The notes under the pieces are model-generated. The model did no database searches and was not told the origin of the DNA. It saw only the letters and a program-made list of their open reading frames with translations. DNA of 64,000 bases from Clostridiales bacterium UBA1770 (GTDB lineage: Bacteria > Bacillota > Clostridia > Oscillospirales > CAG-272), in the NCBI GenBank assembly GCA_002315325.1, contig DCGU01000020.1, positions 84 through 64,083 of the forward strand, in the 5' to 3' direction. Within the stretch, counting starts at the first letter, position 1, and each line of letters begins with the position of its first letter. A program made the translations under genes and the position numbers. This document shows positions 1-7,935 of this stretch, one piece after another.

Positions 1-440
1 TGTACGCACGCCCCCTCATCCATCGTCAAAAACTCGGCATCGGAACAGTCGAGTTTTTTCTTTTTCGTTGCCGTCTCCACCGCCCATTCAAAATCCTGTT
101 TGGTAACAAATTCCGGCAGTCTGATGACAGAAATCCAGCAAAACGTCGACTTGTCACTGTAATCGATGCCGTCAATGCCCTCCTGCCACCAAAAGCCCTC
201 CAACGGCGGAACGACGTAATCAAAATAGCCGTCAATACGGTGGTCGGTAAGCTTGCTCATTTTCAACGTGTAGGCAACGGCATAGAGAACGCCGACCGCT
301 TTTTTGTAGGCGCCGTCCTCGTCATTGGGATTGCCGCGACCGCGCACAGCGATATAGTTTGCGGCAGGGACAGTCACAATTTCCGGCTTGTTTTTCGGCA
401 AGTAAAACTCTTTATACTCTTTTTTGAAATCAAAAGCCAT
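1..440 (-). CDS. GyrI-like small-molecule-binding domain protein (partial, 3' end outside window)
   Basis: Absent from the ORF track because it is open at the window edge. Reverse translation from the ATG at 440 gives MAFDFKKEYKEFYLPKNKPEIVTVPAANYIAVRGRGNPNDEDGAYKKAVGVLYAVAYTLKMSK...GYFDYVVPPLEGFWWQEG, typical of GyrI-like effector-binding proteins. An AGGGGGAG SD lies about 8 nt upstream. It starts 15 nt after the stop of the UvrA-like gene. Confidence 0.8.
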   Translation of the reverse strand, partial: MAFDFKKEYKEFYLPKNKPEIVTVPAANYIAVRGRGNPNDEDGAYKKAVGVLYAVAYTLKMSKLTDHRIDGYFDYVVPPLEGFWWQEGIDGIDYSDKSTFCWISVIRLPEFVTKQDFEWAVETATKKKKLDCSDAEFLTMDEGACV

Positions 441-455
441 CGTTGCGTCTCCCCC

Positions 456-3263
456 TTAAAAATTGAATTCTTTTTCCCAGGCAAAATCGCCGCTTGCCTC
501 GTAATTTCTCGGCCAATGACCGCACCATTCCGGCACGGCTGCATTTTCCACTTTATCGGCGCTTGGCGTATAGGGCTTAATATCAAGGATAGGCGTCCCG
601 GTGAAAGCGTCGAAATAATCTAAAGATACGATGCCCTTTTCGTAATCAATGCTTTTGATGCCGCACACAGAGACGGCGATGGGATTGGGCCGTTCCGGCG
701 AACGGGTGGCAAAGGTTCCGATAACCTCGGGACCTTTTGTATATGGTTTTTCAACGGTCAGCACGTTCCTATCTTCGTCATTGTCACAGCCGCTGAACCA
801 CCAAATAATCTGGAGATGCGAAAAGCCGTTCAGCCCTTCCAGTCCTTTTTTGAACCTGTCATCCAACACGACGGTAAATTCACCGTTCTCGCACAGCGCA
901 TGGCCGATTTCGTTCATTTTCATACTGTCTTCATCCTCACTTTCGGGTGCTGTATCCGGCAATGCAGCCGCTTCCGTTACTTTGGTTAACGCTTCCAATT
1001 CGTCGTCGGTCAATTTCCTATTTTCAAGGGAATACCGCAGACATTTTGCCGTAATGGTATCTGCTTTTGCAACCATTTCGGCAGGGGTTCCCGTAAACGT
1101 GACGTTTCCGCCGAACTTACCGCCGTCGGGGCCGATATCGATGATATAGTCCGCCGATTTTATCACGTCCAGATTATGTTCGATCACAATCACCGTGTTG
1201 CCCTTGTCCACAAGATTGTTGAACAACGCCATCAGCTTCTCAATATCCGAAACGTGAAGCCCGGTTGTCGGCTCATCCAGGACGTAGATATTCCCTTTAT
1301 GATACAGTTCTTTGGCCAGTTTTAATCGTTGCCGTTCCCCGCCCGACAGCGTGGACGCAGGCTGTCCGAGGGACAAATAACCTAGGCCCACTTCGGACAA
1401 TGCCGTCAACTGTTTGACGATCTTTCGGTTGTCCGAAAAGAACGACGTTGCCTCTTTAACACTCATGGCAAGCACGTCGACGACGTTTTTATCTTTATAG
1501 CGATAGGAAAGTGCCCGAGCGGAATAGCGCTTCCCGCCACAGGACTCACACACGGTGGTAACCGGATCCATAAAAACGAGTTCCGTCGTGATCATGCCCC
1601 TACCCCCGCACGCCTGACATCCGCCGTCGGAATTAAAGGAAAAAAGGGACGCTGATTGTCCTGTTGCCCCGGCGAATACGTTACGGATTTCGTCAAAGAT
1701 GCCCATAAAGGACACGGGTGTGGAACGGTTGTTTGCCGTGATCGGCGATTGGTCCACTAAGACCACGCGGTCTGCATACGTCTTTGCAAAAACGTCACGA
1801 ATCAGTGATGATTTACCGCTGCCCGCAACGCCGCTGACTACGGTAAACACGCCCAACGGAATGTCAACGTTAATTCCCTTGAGATTATGAACCGCAGCAT
1901 TTCGTATCGGTAAAAAGTCTTTCGACACACGGACTTTGCTTTTTATCGGGAGATTTTGTGATAACGCGCGCCCGGTCAACGTATCGGAGAGCAGCAGGTT
2001 TTCGTAGCTTCCCTGAAACATGATCTCGCCGCCGTCAACACCGGCCAAAGGCCCCACGTCGATCACCTCATCCGCAATGGAAATAATATCCTTATCATGT
2101 TCAACCACAAGAACGGTATTGCCTTTATCCCTCAGGTTTCGAAGAAGCTTAACCATACGGTAAACGTCACGCGGATGCATACCTGTTGACGGCTCGTCAA
2201 AAATATACGTCATACCGGTCAGGGCCGAGCCCATATATCTCACGAGTTTTAACCGCTGTGCTTCACCGCCGGACAGAGTGGAGGACTCACGGTCCATACT
2301 GAGGTAAGAAAGGCCGATATCAATCATTCGCGTCAGCGTCAATATCAGGGAATCAATGACGCCCTGTACGCTCGGCTCGTCAATTGTTTGTAACACGTGC
2401 CGCAGCGTGGAAAACTCCATTGCCGTCATATCGGTAATGGAGTATCCCCCGACTTTGGCTGTCAGTGCCATTCTGTTCAGCCGTTTTCCGTGGCACATGG
2501 GACAGTTTTCTTCATATAACAATTCCGTAAGTCTGATGACCGACGCCTCTTTCAACTCGCTCGTGTCACGCCGTAGAAGCATACGGGAGAGATACTGCTC
2601 GATTCCCTCCACGTTTTTATCAAGCTGCTTTCCGTTTTTTTCATCTGCACCGTAAAGAAGACGGTTGCGCTCTTTTTCAGTGAAATCCTTGTATTTTTTA
2701 TCCGTTGGGAAAAGACCGGATTCTTTATATTTTTTCCAATACCAGTTACCGACGTGAAAGGCCGGCAAATCCGCCATACCCTCGTCCCACGTTTTTTCAG
2801 GGTCAATGCGTTCTTCAATTTTGACCTTGACAACCTTGCCGATTCCCGAACATTTGGGGCACATACCGTACGGGTCGTTAAAGCTGAAGAAGCTTGCCGT
2901 ACCCACGTACGGTTTACCGACTCTTGAAAAGATTAATCGAAGCAGCGAATACGTATCGGTAATCGTACCGACAGTGGAACGGGAATTACCGCCGAGCCGC
3001 GTCTGGTCAACGATAACGGATGCCGAAAGGTTTTCAATGCTTTCAGCTCTCGGTTGGTCGTATTTGGGGAGTCTGCCCCGAATCCAAGCGGAATACGTTT
3101 CATTCATTTGCCGCTGGCTTTCTGCAGCAATCGTATCAAAAACGATACTGGATTTACCGGAGCCGGAAACGCCGGTAAAAACGACTATTTTGTTTTTCGG
3201 AATGCGCAAAGATACGTTTTTTAGGTTATTTTGCGTTAGCCCCTTGATAATGATTTCTTCCAT
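456..3263 (-). CDS. UvrA-family ABC ATPase paralog (short, UvrA2/DrrC-like) fused to a C-terminal TsaA/TrmO (YaeB) domain
   Basis: 935-aa ORF with two ABC modules: Walker A GVSGSGKSS and GVAGSGKSS, signatures LSGGEAQR and LSGGERQR. Zn modules are CPKC, CPMCHG, CQACGG and CESCGG. It is too short to carry the UvrB-binding/insertion domains. The last ~155 aa (nt 459-923) read FSHLQIIWWF...GTFATRSPERPNPIAVS...GTPILDIKPY, the TrmO/TsaA signature. Confidence 0.9.
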   Translation of the reverse strand: MEEIIIKGLTQNNLKNVSLRIPKNKIVVFTGVSGSGKSSIVFDTIAAESQRQMNETYSAWIRGRLPKYDQPRAESIENLSASVIVDQTRLGGNSRSTVGTITDTYSLLRLIFSRVGKPYVGTASFFSFNDPYGMCPKCSGIGKVVKVKIEERIDPEKTWDEGMADLPAFHVGNWYWKKYKESGLFPTDKKYKDFTEKERNRLLYGADEKNGKQLDKNVEGIEQYLSRMLLRRDTSELKEASVIRLTELLYEENCPMCHGKRLNRMALTAKVGGYSITDMTAMEFSTLRHVLQTIDEPSVQGVIDSLILTLTRMIDIGLSYLSMDRESSTLSGGEAQRLKLVRYMGSALTGMTYIFDEPSTGMHPRDVYRMVKLLRNLRDKGNTVLVVEHDKDIISIADEVIDVGPLAGVDGGEIMFQGSYENLLLSDTLTGRALSQNLPIKSKVRVSKDFLPIRNAAVHNLKGINVDIPLGVFTVVSGVAGSGKSSLIRDVFAKTYADRVVLVDQSPITANNRSTPVSFMGIFDEIRNVFAGATGQSASLFSFNSDGGCQACGGRGMITTELVFMDPVTTVCESCGGKRYSARALSYRYKDKNVVDVLAMSVKEATSFFSDNRKIVKQLTALSEVGLGYLSLGQPASTLSGGERQRLKLAKELYHKGNIYVLDEPTTGLHVSDIEKLMALFNNLVDKGNTVIVIEHNLDVIKSADYIIDIGPDGGKFGGNVTFTGTPAEMVAKADTITAKCLRYSLENRKLTDDELEALTKVTEAAALPDTAPESEDEDSMKMNEIGHALCENGEFTVVLDDRFKKGLEGLNGFSHLQIIWWFSGCDNDEDRNVLTVEKPYTKGPEVIGTFATRSPERPNPIAVSVCGIKSIDYEKGIVSLDYFDAFTGTPILDIKPYTPSADKVENAAVPEWCGHWPRNYEASGDFAWEKEFNF

Positions 3264-3279
3264 TTTTCAACCCTTCAGC

Positions 3280-3329
3280 GGAGTTCCAACCGATACACGT
3301 CATGCAAATATTTTTCACCATGGAACTCC
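3280..3329. repeat. 9-bp inverted repeat GGAGTTCCA / TGGAACTCC (32-nt spacer) in the leader/promoter region of the UvrA-like gene
   Basis: Read directly from the sequence: 3280-3288 and 3321-3329 are perfect reverse complements, 17-66 nt upstream of the start codon at 3263. Confidence 0.35.
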
Positions 3330-3404
3330 TCATAATACTGTTCGTTTGTTTTTTGGAAATAATCTTTGTGTTTTCATCATTTTATTAACAATTTTTCTTT
3401 TCCT

Positions 3405-4148
3405 TTACGACCGTCCCGCGAGTTCCAATAGTTTCTTATCGGTTTGGATGGCGTGGGTGATAAATACCCCGTCACGGAACAACGCGTAGTTTATCACCGG
3501 TGCCGGAAGATTCTGCGCGGTTTCTTTATCCGTAATATGAATCGTTTTGAGCGGAATCCCGTTTTCTCTTGCGGCCTGCGCCACGCGCGGCACCCAGTAA
3601 TAGGTAAACGGGCATTGGTCGGTGTAGTAAATAACAAAACCCGGTTCGTCGATTTGCGGGTGCTTTGCGCACTCCTTGAATTGCGGTAACGCCGCGTCCG
3701 GGCAAAGCGGCAAATACAAAAGCGTTATGCCGCAATCCGATTCATCCGCCGGCACAAAGCCCTTGTACGCTAAATACTTCGGGTCGGACAGAAACTCCTT
3801 TTTCTTTTTGGCGGAGGACAAAATGCAAATTCCCTTCTTGCCTTGTGCTTCGGCATCTTTGACGCAATAGTCCAAAAGATCGTTGGAATAACCGTGTCCC
3901 TTCATAGACCCGGCAATCCACAGGCAGTTGATGAAGAGATACCCGTCCGCCTTTATCGGTACCCACGCATTTTCGGCGGGAATGTATTCAATAAAACATT
4001 TGCCGCGTTCAATACTCCGATAAAAAACAAGGCCCTCGTCAAACCGATCTTTCATCCATGCCTTTTTGGCCAGCGCCTGCGTGCCCGACATAGCGCAACA
4101 GATATGTTCCCGGTCGATATTATCTTTTGTGATTCTGATATAGTCCAT
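3405..4148 (-). CDS. GNAT N-acetyltransferase with YoaP-like C-terminal domain
   Basis: The ORF track extends to a TTG at 4259. The family-typical N-terminus MDYIRITKDNIDREHICCAMSG starts at the ATG at 4148 (ATG 4229 is an alternative). The C-terminal half, FVIYYTDQCPFTYYWVPRVAQAARENGIPLKTIHI, is YoaP-like. Confidence 0.75.
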   Translation of the reverse strand: MDYIRITKDNIDREHICCAMSGTQALAKKAWMKDRFDEGLVFYRSIERGKCFIEYIPAENAWVPIKADGYLFINCLWIAGSMKGHGYSNDLLDYCVKDAEAQGKKGICILSSAKKKKEFLSDPKYLAYKGFVPADESDCGITLLYLPLCPDAALPQFKECAKHPQIDEPGFVIYYTDQCPFTYYWVPRVAQAARENGIPLKTIHITDKETAQNLPAPVINYALFRDGVFITHAIQTDKKLLELAGRS

Positions 4149-4371
4149 ATTATCCTGCCGCTTCCTTATTGTTTCATTTATTTGCGAAGGGTTTTCGGTG
4201 ATTTTCCGAACCTCGTTTATATCCTTCATGATGAGCGGTTGTATGGTAACCGTCGTCAATCAAACCGGCCCGGAATTCGTTTTGCGGTGTCATAATGACA
4301 AAGCCCTGCGGTTTGCCCAAGACAGTGTCGGATAATTCGTAAATCATTGACTTTTCCCCGCATTGTATCTT

Positions 4372-4878
4372 TTAGCTGTTTTTATTGACGTCGGCAACCT
4401 GTAATGACACCTGCACACTGCCGCCGCGGACGGATTGGGTGCCAACCTCAACAAAGCCCATCGCTTCATGGAACAGCAAGCTTGTCCCGTTATAGGGGAC
4501 GGTATCGATTTCCGCCGTCACAACGGGAATGCCGTTGTTTTGGGCATACGCGAACACGTTTTTATACAGTGCCCTGCCCAAACCGATATGGCGGAACGGG
4601 GCGTCGATGACAATCCGATCGATATACAAAAAATGCGGATAATGCTGCCGGAACCAGCGGTTATTTTCACTGTCATAGGAAGAGGCGTCCTCGGTTAACG
4701 CTATCAGAAAAGCAGCCGGCACACCGTCCGCTGTCGCAACCCAGACCGCAGCCGCTGTTTGTGTGAAGTACTGTAGTTTTTCCCTGTTCATGGGAGACAA
4801 GACCTCGACGTTCTCCCGATTCACCCGCAATATAAAATCAAAATCAGTCGTGACAGCCGGACGAATCACAATATCCAT
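4372..4878 (-). CDS. GNAT family acetyltransferase
   Basis: 168-aa ORF. The acetyl-CoA binding core reads IVIDAPFRHIGLGRALYKNVFAYAQNNG. A GAGG SD lies about 10 nt upstream of the ATG. Confidence 0.8.
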   Translation of the reverse strand: MDIVIRPAVTTDFDFILRVNRENVEVLSPMNREKLQYFTQTAAAVWVATADGVPAAFLIALTEDASSYDSENNRWFRQHYPHFLYIDRIVIDAPFRHIGLGRALYKNVFAYAQNNGIPVVTAEIDTVPYNGTSLLFHEAMGFVEVGTQSVRGGSVQVSLQVADVNKNS

Positions 4879-4895
4879 GTTTTAAACCTCGTTCC

Positions 4896-5438
4896 TTACG
4901 TATTCAATCTGTATTCCATCAGCGTAACGTTTTGCCATTCGCCGAATTTGTCACGTGCAATTCTTTCCCGATAGCCGATTTCCCGAAAGCCGCATTTTTT
5001 ATGGAAAGCAATACTTGCCGTATTTGCGGTGATAATCACCGAATATAGAGACCAAAAACCTAACGCGGGGGCGTTGTCAATCAGCGCAGCCATGAGCGCC
5101 GTTCCGATACCTTTCCCGTGATACGCCGCATCAACGTAAATACTCACTTCAACCACGCCGCTATACACAGGCCTTGCGGAAGTCGGGCTGACGGCAATCC
5201 AGCCGACGACTTTCCCCTCCATTTCCGATACGTATCGGCATTCCTTACGGTGTGCGGCATCCCATTGTGCAAACGTGGGGCACGCCGTATTAAACGTGGA
5301 AAAACCGTTTTCAAGTCCCATGGTGTAGATTGCAGCGACTCTTTCCCAGTCATCCGCTCTCATTTCCCTGACGGTGGGTTTCTCTTGGAATTGTTCTTTG
5401 GATGCCGCATAGATTTTCAAGCGATTCGTTTCTATCAT
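4896..5438 (-). CDS. GNAT acetyltransferase, phosphinothricin/MSO N-acetyltransferase (PAT)-like
   Basis: 180-aa ORF. The segment VREMRADDWERVAAIYTMGLENGFSTFNTACP...YVDAAYHGKGIGTALMAALI...KCGFREIG resembles the PAT/Bar family. An AAGGA SD precedes the ATG at 5438, so the 25-aa N-terminal extension is probably translated. Confidence 0.75.
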   Translation of the reverse strand: MIETNRLKIYAASKEQFQEKPTVREMRADDWERVAAIYTMGLENGFSTFNTACPTFAQWDAAHRKECRYVSEMEGKVVGWIAVSPTSARPVYSGVVEVSIYVDAAYHGKGIGTALMAALIDNAPALGFWSLYSVIITANTASIAFHKKCGFREIGYRERIARDKFGEWQNVTLMEYRLNT

Positions 5439-5525
5439 TGTATCATCCTTTTACGCATTATTATACATATCGTACACGATACAGCCGTGTATCATATTTC
5501 AACCGTTTTTCTTTTACGGAGAGAT

Positions 5526-6077
5526 TTATTTCTTTTTCCACAGTTTCGGCCATACGGTTCCGTTGCTGTAATGAGCAAAAAAGCTGATAAACTGCCGTTT
5601 GCTGAAAGTACCGTTTGCTATCAAAATTTCTTGTTCGACTTTATTCAACCGCATATACCATCCCGATTCGCAAAAACCGTTACGCAAATAAAAGCTTTTT
5701 CGCCGCTGCCGCGTTTGCAAATCCTCTGCTTCCGCAATACAGGGTTCAATGGATACGATGATTTTCTTGGAGGGATAAAACCGTTTGATTTCTTCCAATA
5801 TTTTGCTTCCGTATCCGTTTGAACGCAGATCCCTGTCAACAGCAAAGAACATGATAAAAACAAGATTTCTGTTCTTGGCTAAATATATAAAACCGCATGG
5901 AGCATCTTTCTCATACAAGGCAAGGAATTTAGTATGCCACAGCTTTGACATAGCCACCATCAAGGCAAAAGGCATCCGTTCTGCTTTTGGAAAGGCACTC
6001 TCGTAGATTTGTTTCACTTTTTTGTCCGTCAGTTTGACGTTTTTAAACTCCATCAATCGCTCCTGTTGCCGCGTCAT
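5526..6077 (-). CDS. GNAT family acetyltransferase
   Basis: 183-aa ORF with FFAVDRDLRSNGYGSKILEEIKRFY (Q/RxxGxG/A-type motif). Its ATG overlaps the stop of the upstream GNAT (ATGA at 6074-6077). Confidence 0.7.
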   Translation of the reverse strand: MTRQQERLMEFKNVKLTDKKVKQIYESAFPKAERMPFALMVAMSKLWHTKFLALYEKDAPCGFIYLAKNRNLVFIMFFAVDRDLRSNGYGSKILEEIKRFYPSKKIIVSIEPCIAEAEDLQTRQRRKSFYLRNGFCESGWYMRLNKVEQEILIANGTFSKRQFISFFAHYSNGTVWPKLWKKK

Positions 6078-6595
6078 TGCATTTGTCCGGCATTTTCCTT
6101 CTGCATAACGTAGACCTGAATACGTTCCCCATTTTCATCTTGATATTCCTTCTCAAAATGGGCGCCGTAAGCCATTGCCGTTTTTTGCGACGGAATATTA
6201 TCCGCGCTCATATACGAATACACCTTTTCAAACGGCGTGTTTGCAAACGTCCAATCGCGCACGGCTTTGGCCGCTTCTTTTGCATACCCGTTTCGTTGCA
6301 TATTCCCACGGATATGATAGCCGATTTCCGGCAGAATACTGCCGCCTATCATCTGCATCGTCAGTCCGCAGTCGCCGATCAGTTCCCCGCTCTCTTTTAG
6401 GCACACTGCCCACAAACCAAAGCCGAAAACTGAGTAACGTTCGATATTTTTGGCAATCCACCGTTTGACACGTTCTTCGTCAAACGTGTATGGGTAATAC
6501 TTCATACTATCACTGTCGGCAAGCACTTTGTATAATGCTGCCAAGTCCATCGGTTCAAGTTCACGCAGAACAAGCCGTTCGGTTTGAATCATCAT
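6074..6595 (-). CDS. GNAT acetyltransferase, RimJ/RimL-like
   Basis: MMIQTERLVLRELEPMDL...IGYHIRGNMQRNGYAKEAAKAV is the classic RimJ/L-type N-terminus and core. The start was moved to the ATG at 6595, which has an AAGGAA SD. The ORF track extends to 6634, inside the CPBP gene. Confidence 0.8.
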   Translation of the reverse strand: MMIQTERLVLRELEPMDLAALYKVLADSDSMKYYPYTFDEERVKRWIAKNIERYSVFGFGLWAVCLKESGELIGDCGLTMQMIGGSILPEIGYHIRGNMQRNGYAKEAAKAVRDWTFANTPFEKVYSYMSADNIPSQKTAMAYGAHFEKEYQDENGERIQVYVMQKENAGQMQ

Positions 6596-7400
6596 TTTTC
6601 TTTTCCTTTCTGTCCGCCCAAATCCATAAGGCAACGGATAACCCGAGCCAAATCACTCGATAGTTATTGGTGATAACGTCCCCCGGAAATGCGTCAAACA
6701 GTAAATTCCAGTCATAGACAGCACCGATAGCATCGATAAAAGCGTGATATACAGCGCAGGCGATCACGCTCTTTGTCGCCTTGTAAAGAGCCGCCAATGC
6801 GAATGCCCAGATAAAAATCGTGATACCGAATCCGATGAGACTGTCGCCGTAATGGTTCGACGTCGGATCAAGCCACAGATCCAAGTGCCATACGTACCAA
6901 ACGGAAGCGGTGAACAAAACAGATATGGGAAATTTGAATTTCTCTTCCAAAGCCGGCTGCAGGAAGCCGCGCCAGCCCGTTTCCTCCGCAATGCCGACAA
7001 ACGGAATCATCACAAGGAAACCGAGAGGCAGCATATACCACGGTGAACCGTTCGGTGTACCGTTCATCAGTGCAAACAAAAGTGCCAAAAGGCAAAAGCC
7101 GGAGGTGATCAAAACCGTTTTCAATTTGTGTTCCGTGCGGAAAATTCGGCAAAAAAACTCTTTTAACCCGATTCTCTCTTTGAAAAGCGAAATAATCAGC
7201 ATTGCCACAAAGGGTGCCGGCGTGGAAAAGAGCAAACCGATTGCGGCGTATAAGAAATAACCGACTGTCATTTCCCCGGTTTCGGCGTATGCCGCCGAAT
7301 ACGGCAGCAGCCACAGTTTGAGCGTTACAAAGCAAAACGCCCAAAGACCGAGAATCAAAAGCAGGTATAATCCGATTGTTTTTTCATTTTTCTTATTCAT
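6561..7400 (-). CDS. CPBP family intramembrane glutamic endopeptidase (CAAX protease/Abi, bacteriocin-immunity-type)
   Basis: 279-aa polytopic ORF. It carries the EExxxR motif (IAEETGWRGFLQP), a second motif (WYVWHL) and a third (AVYHAFIDA). Confidence 0.8.
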   Translation of the reverse strand: MNKKNEKTIGLYLLLILGLWAFCFVTLKLWLLPYSAAYAETGEMTVGYFLYAAIGLLFSTPAPFVAMLIISLFKERIGLKEFFCRIFRTEHKLKTVLITSGFCLLALLFALMNGTPNGSPWYMLPLGFLVMIPFVGIAEETGWRGFLQPALEEKFKFPISVLFTASVWYVWHLDLWLDPTSNHYGDSLIGFGITIFIWAFALAALYKATKSVIACAVYHAFIDAIGAVYDWNLLFDAFPGDVITNNYRVIWLGLSVALWIWADRKEKKNDDSNRTACSA

Positions 7401-7518
7401 GTTCGTTCTTCCGCGATGCTATTCAATAGCATTTCACTTATTTCGTGATTGGACCTTTCAATGATTTCGTCGCCAATACACATTTTGACAAAGAATCTGC
7501 CACCGTCAAATCCTGCAT

Positions 7519-7935
7519 TCAGATTTTGCCCTCATAGTATCGCTCGATAAAATCCAAAAGCGATGCGGCAACCAGGGTGCTTTCCTGTGTTTCGTGTTCC
7601 CAAAGATAGATTTTATCTCCGTAGCGACCGGTATCATCTCTTTGATAGCCGTAATAGTCGCCGCAGCCGTTTTCGGCGAAGAACAGATATGCAGAGATTT
7701 CGGGGCAGGTATCGCTCCACACGTCCGTCAGCATTTGATTATCTTCCACGATTTTTTCGGCAGAAAACAGCAGATATCCGTCGCCGTTCAATTCCAAAAG
7801 CAGATTTTTTAAGTCCGTCGGTAACGGAGATTTGAAGTATTTTTCAATCTCTTTGATTTTCTGCTCATCGGCAGGAGGTTCAGCCCCTCCGTACGGGCGT
7901 TCGCTCTCGTATTTATTAACTATTTCCAAGTACAT
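7519..7935 (-). CDS. SMI1/KNR4 (SUKH-1) family protein, immunity-protein-like
   Basis: 138-aa ORF. EQKIKEIEKYFKSPLPTDLKNLLLELNGDGYLLF plus the C-terminal WEHE...FIERYY fit the SUKH-1 pattern. It overlaps the upstream hydrolase gene by 20 nt. Confidence 0.8.
   Translation of the reverse strand: MYLEIVNKYESERPYGGAEPPADEQKIKEIEKYFKSPLPTDLKNLLLELNGDGYLLFSAEKIVEDNQMLTDVWSDTCPEISAYLFFAENGCGDYYGYQRDDTGRYGDKIYLWEHETQESTLVAASLLDFIERYYEGKI

Noticed and set aside
26-623. ORFs 26-235 (-) and 240-623 (+) from the track
   Set aside because: Both overlap real genes in other frames: the partial GyrI-like gene (1-440, minus) and the TrmO-like end of the UvrA paralog.
4149-4371. 57-codon ORF (MIYELSDTVLGKPQGFVIMTPQNEFRAGLIDDGYH...) and the TTG-extended N-terminus upstream of the YoaP-like GNAT; possible frameshifted remnant
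   Set aside because: I could not recognise any family and there is no clear RBS. It may be a gene relic, but the evidence is insufficient.
7401-7518. Small ORFs in the SMI1-CPBP spacer: a 26-codon ORF starting at the TGAATG, and a 28-codon MCIGDEIIERSNHEISEMLLNSIAEERT whose stop overlaps the CPBP start. Could either be a bacteriocin-like peptide?
   Set aside because: Neither ATG has a usable SD, and there is no double-glycine leader or Cys pattern. They are too short to evaluate without conservation data. A hairpin+ATTTCAC string here (7418-7437) matches the 55-kb linker, but a single 7-mer is within chance expectation.
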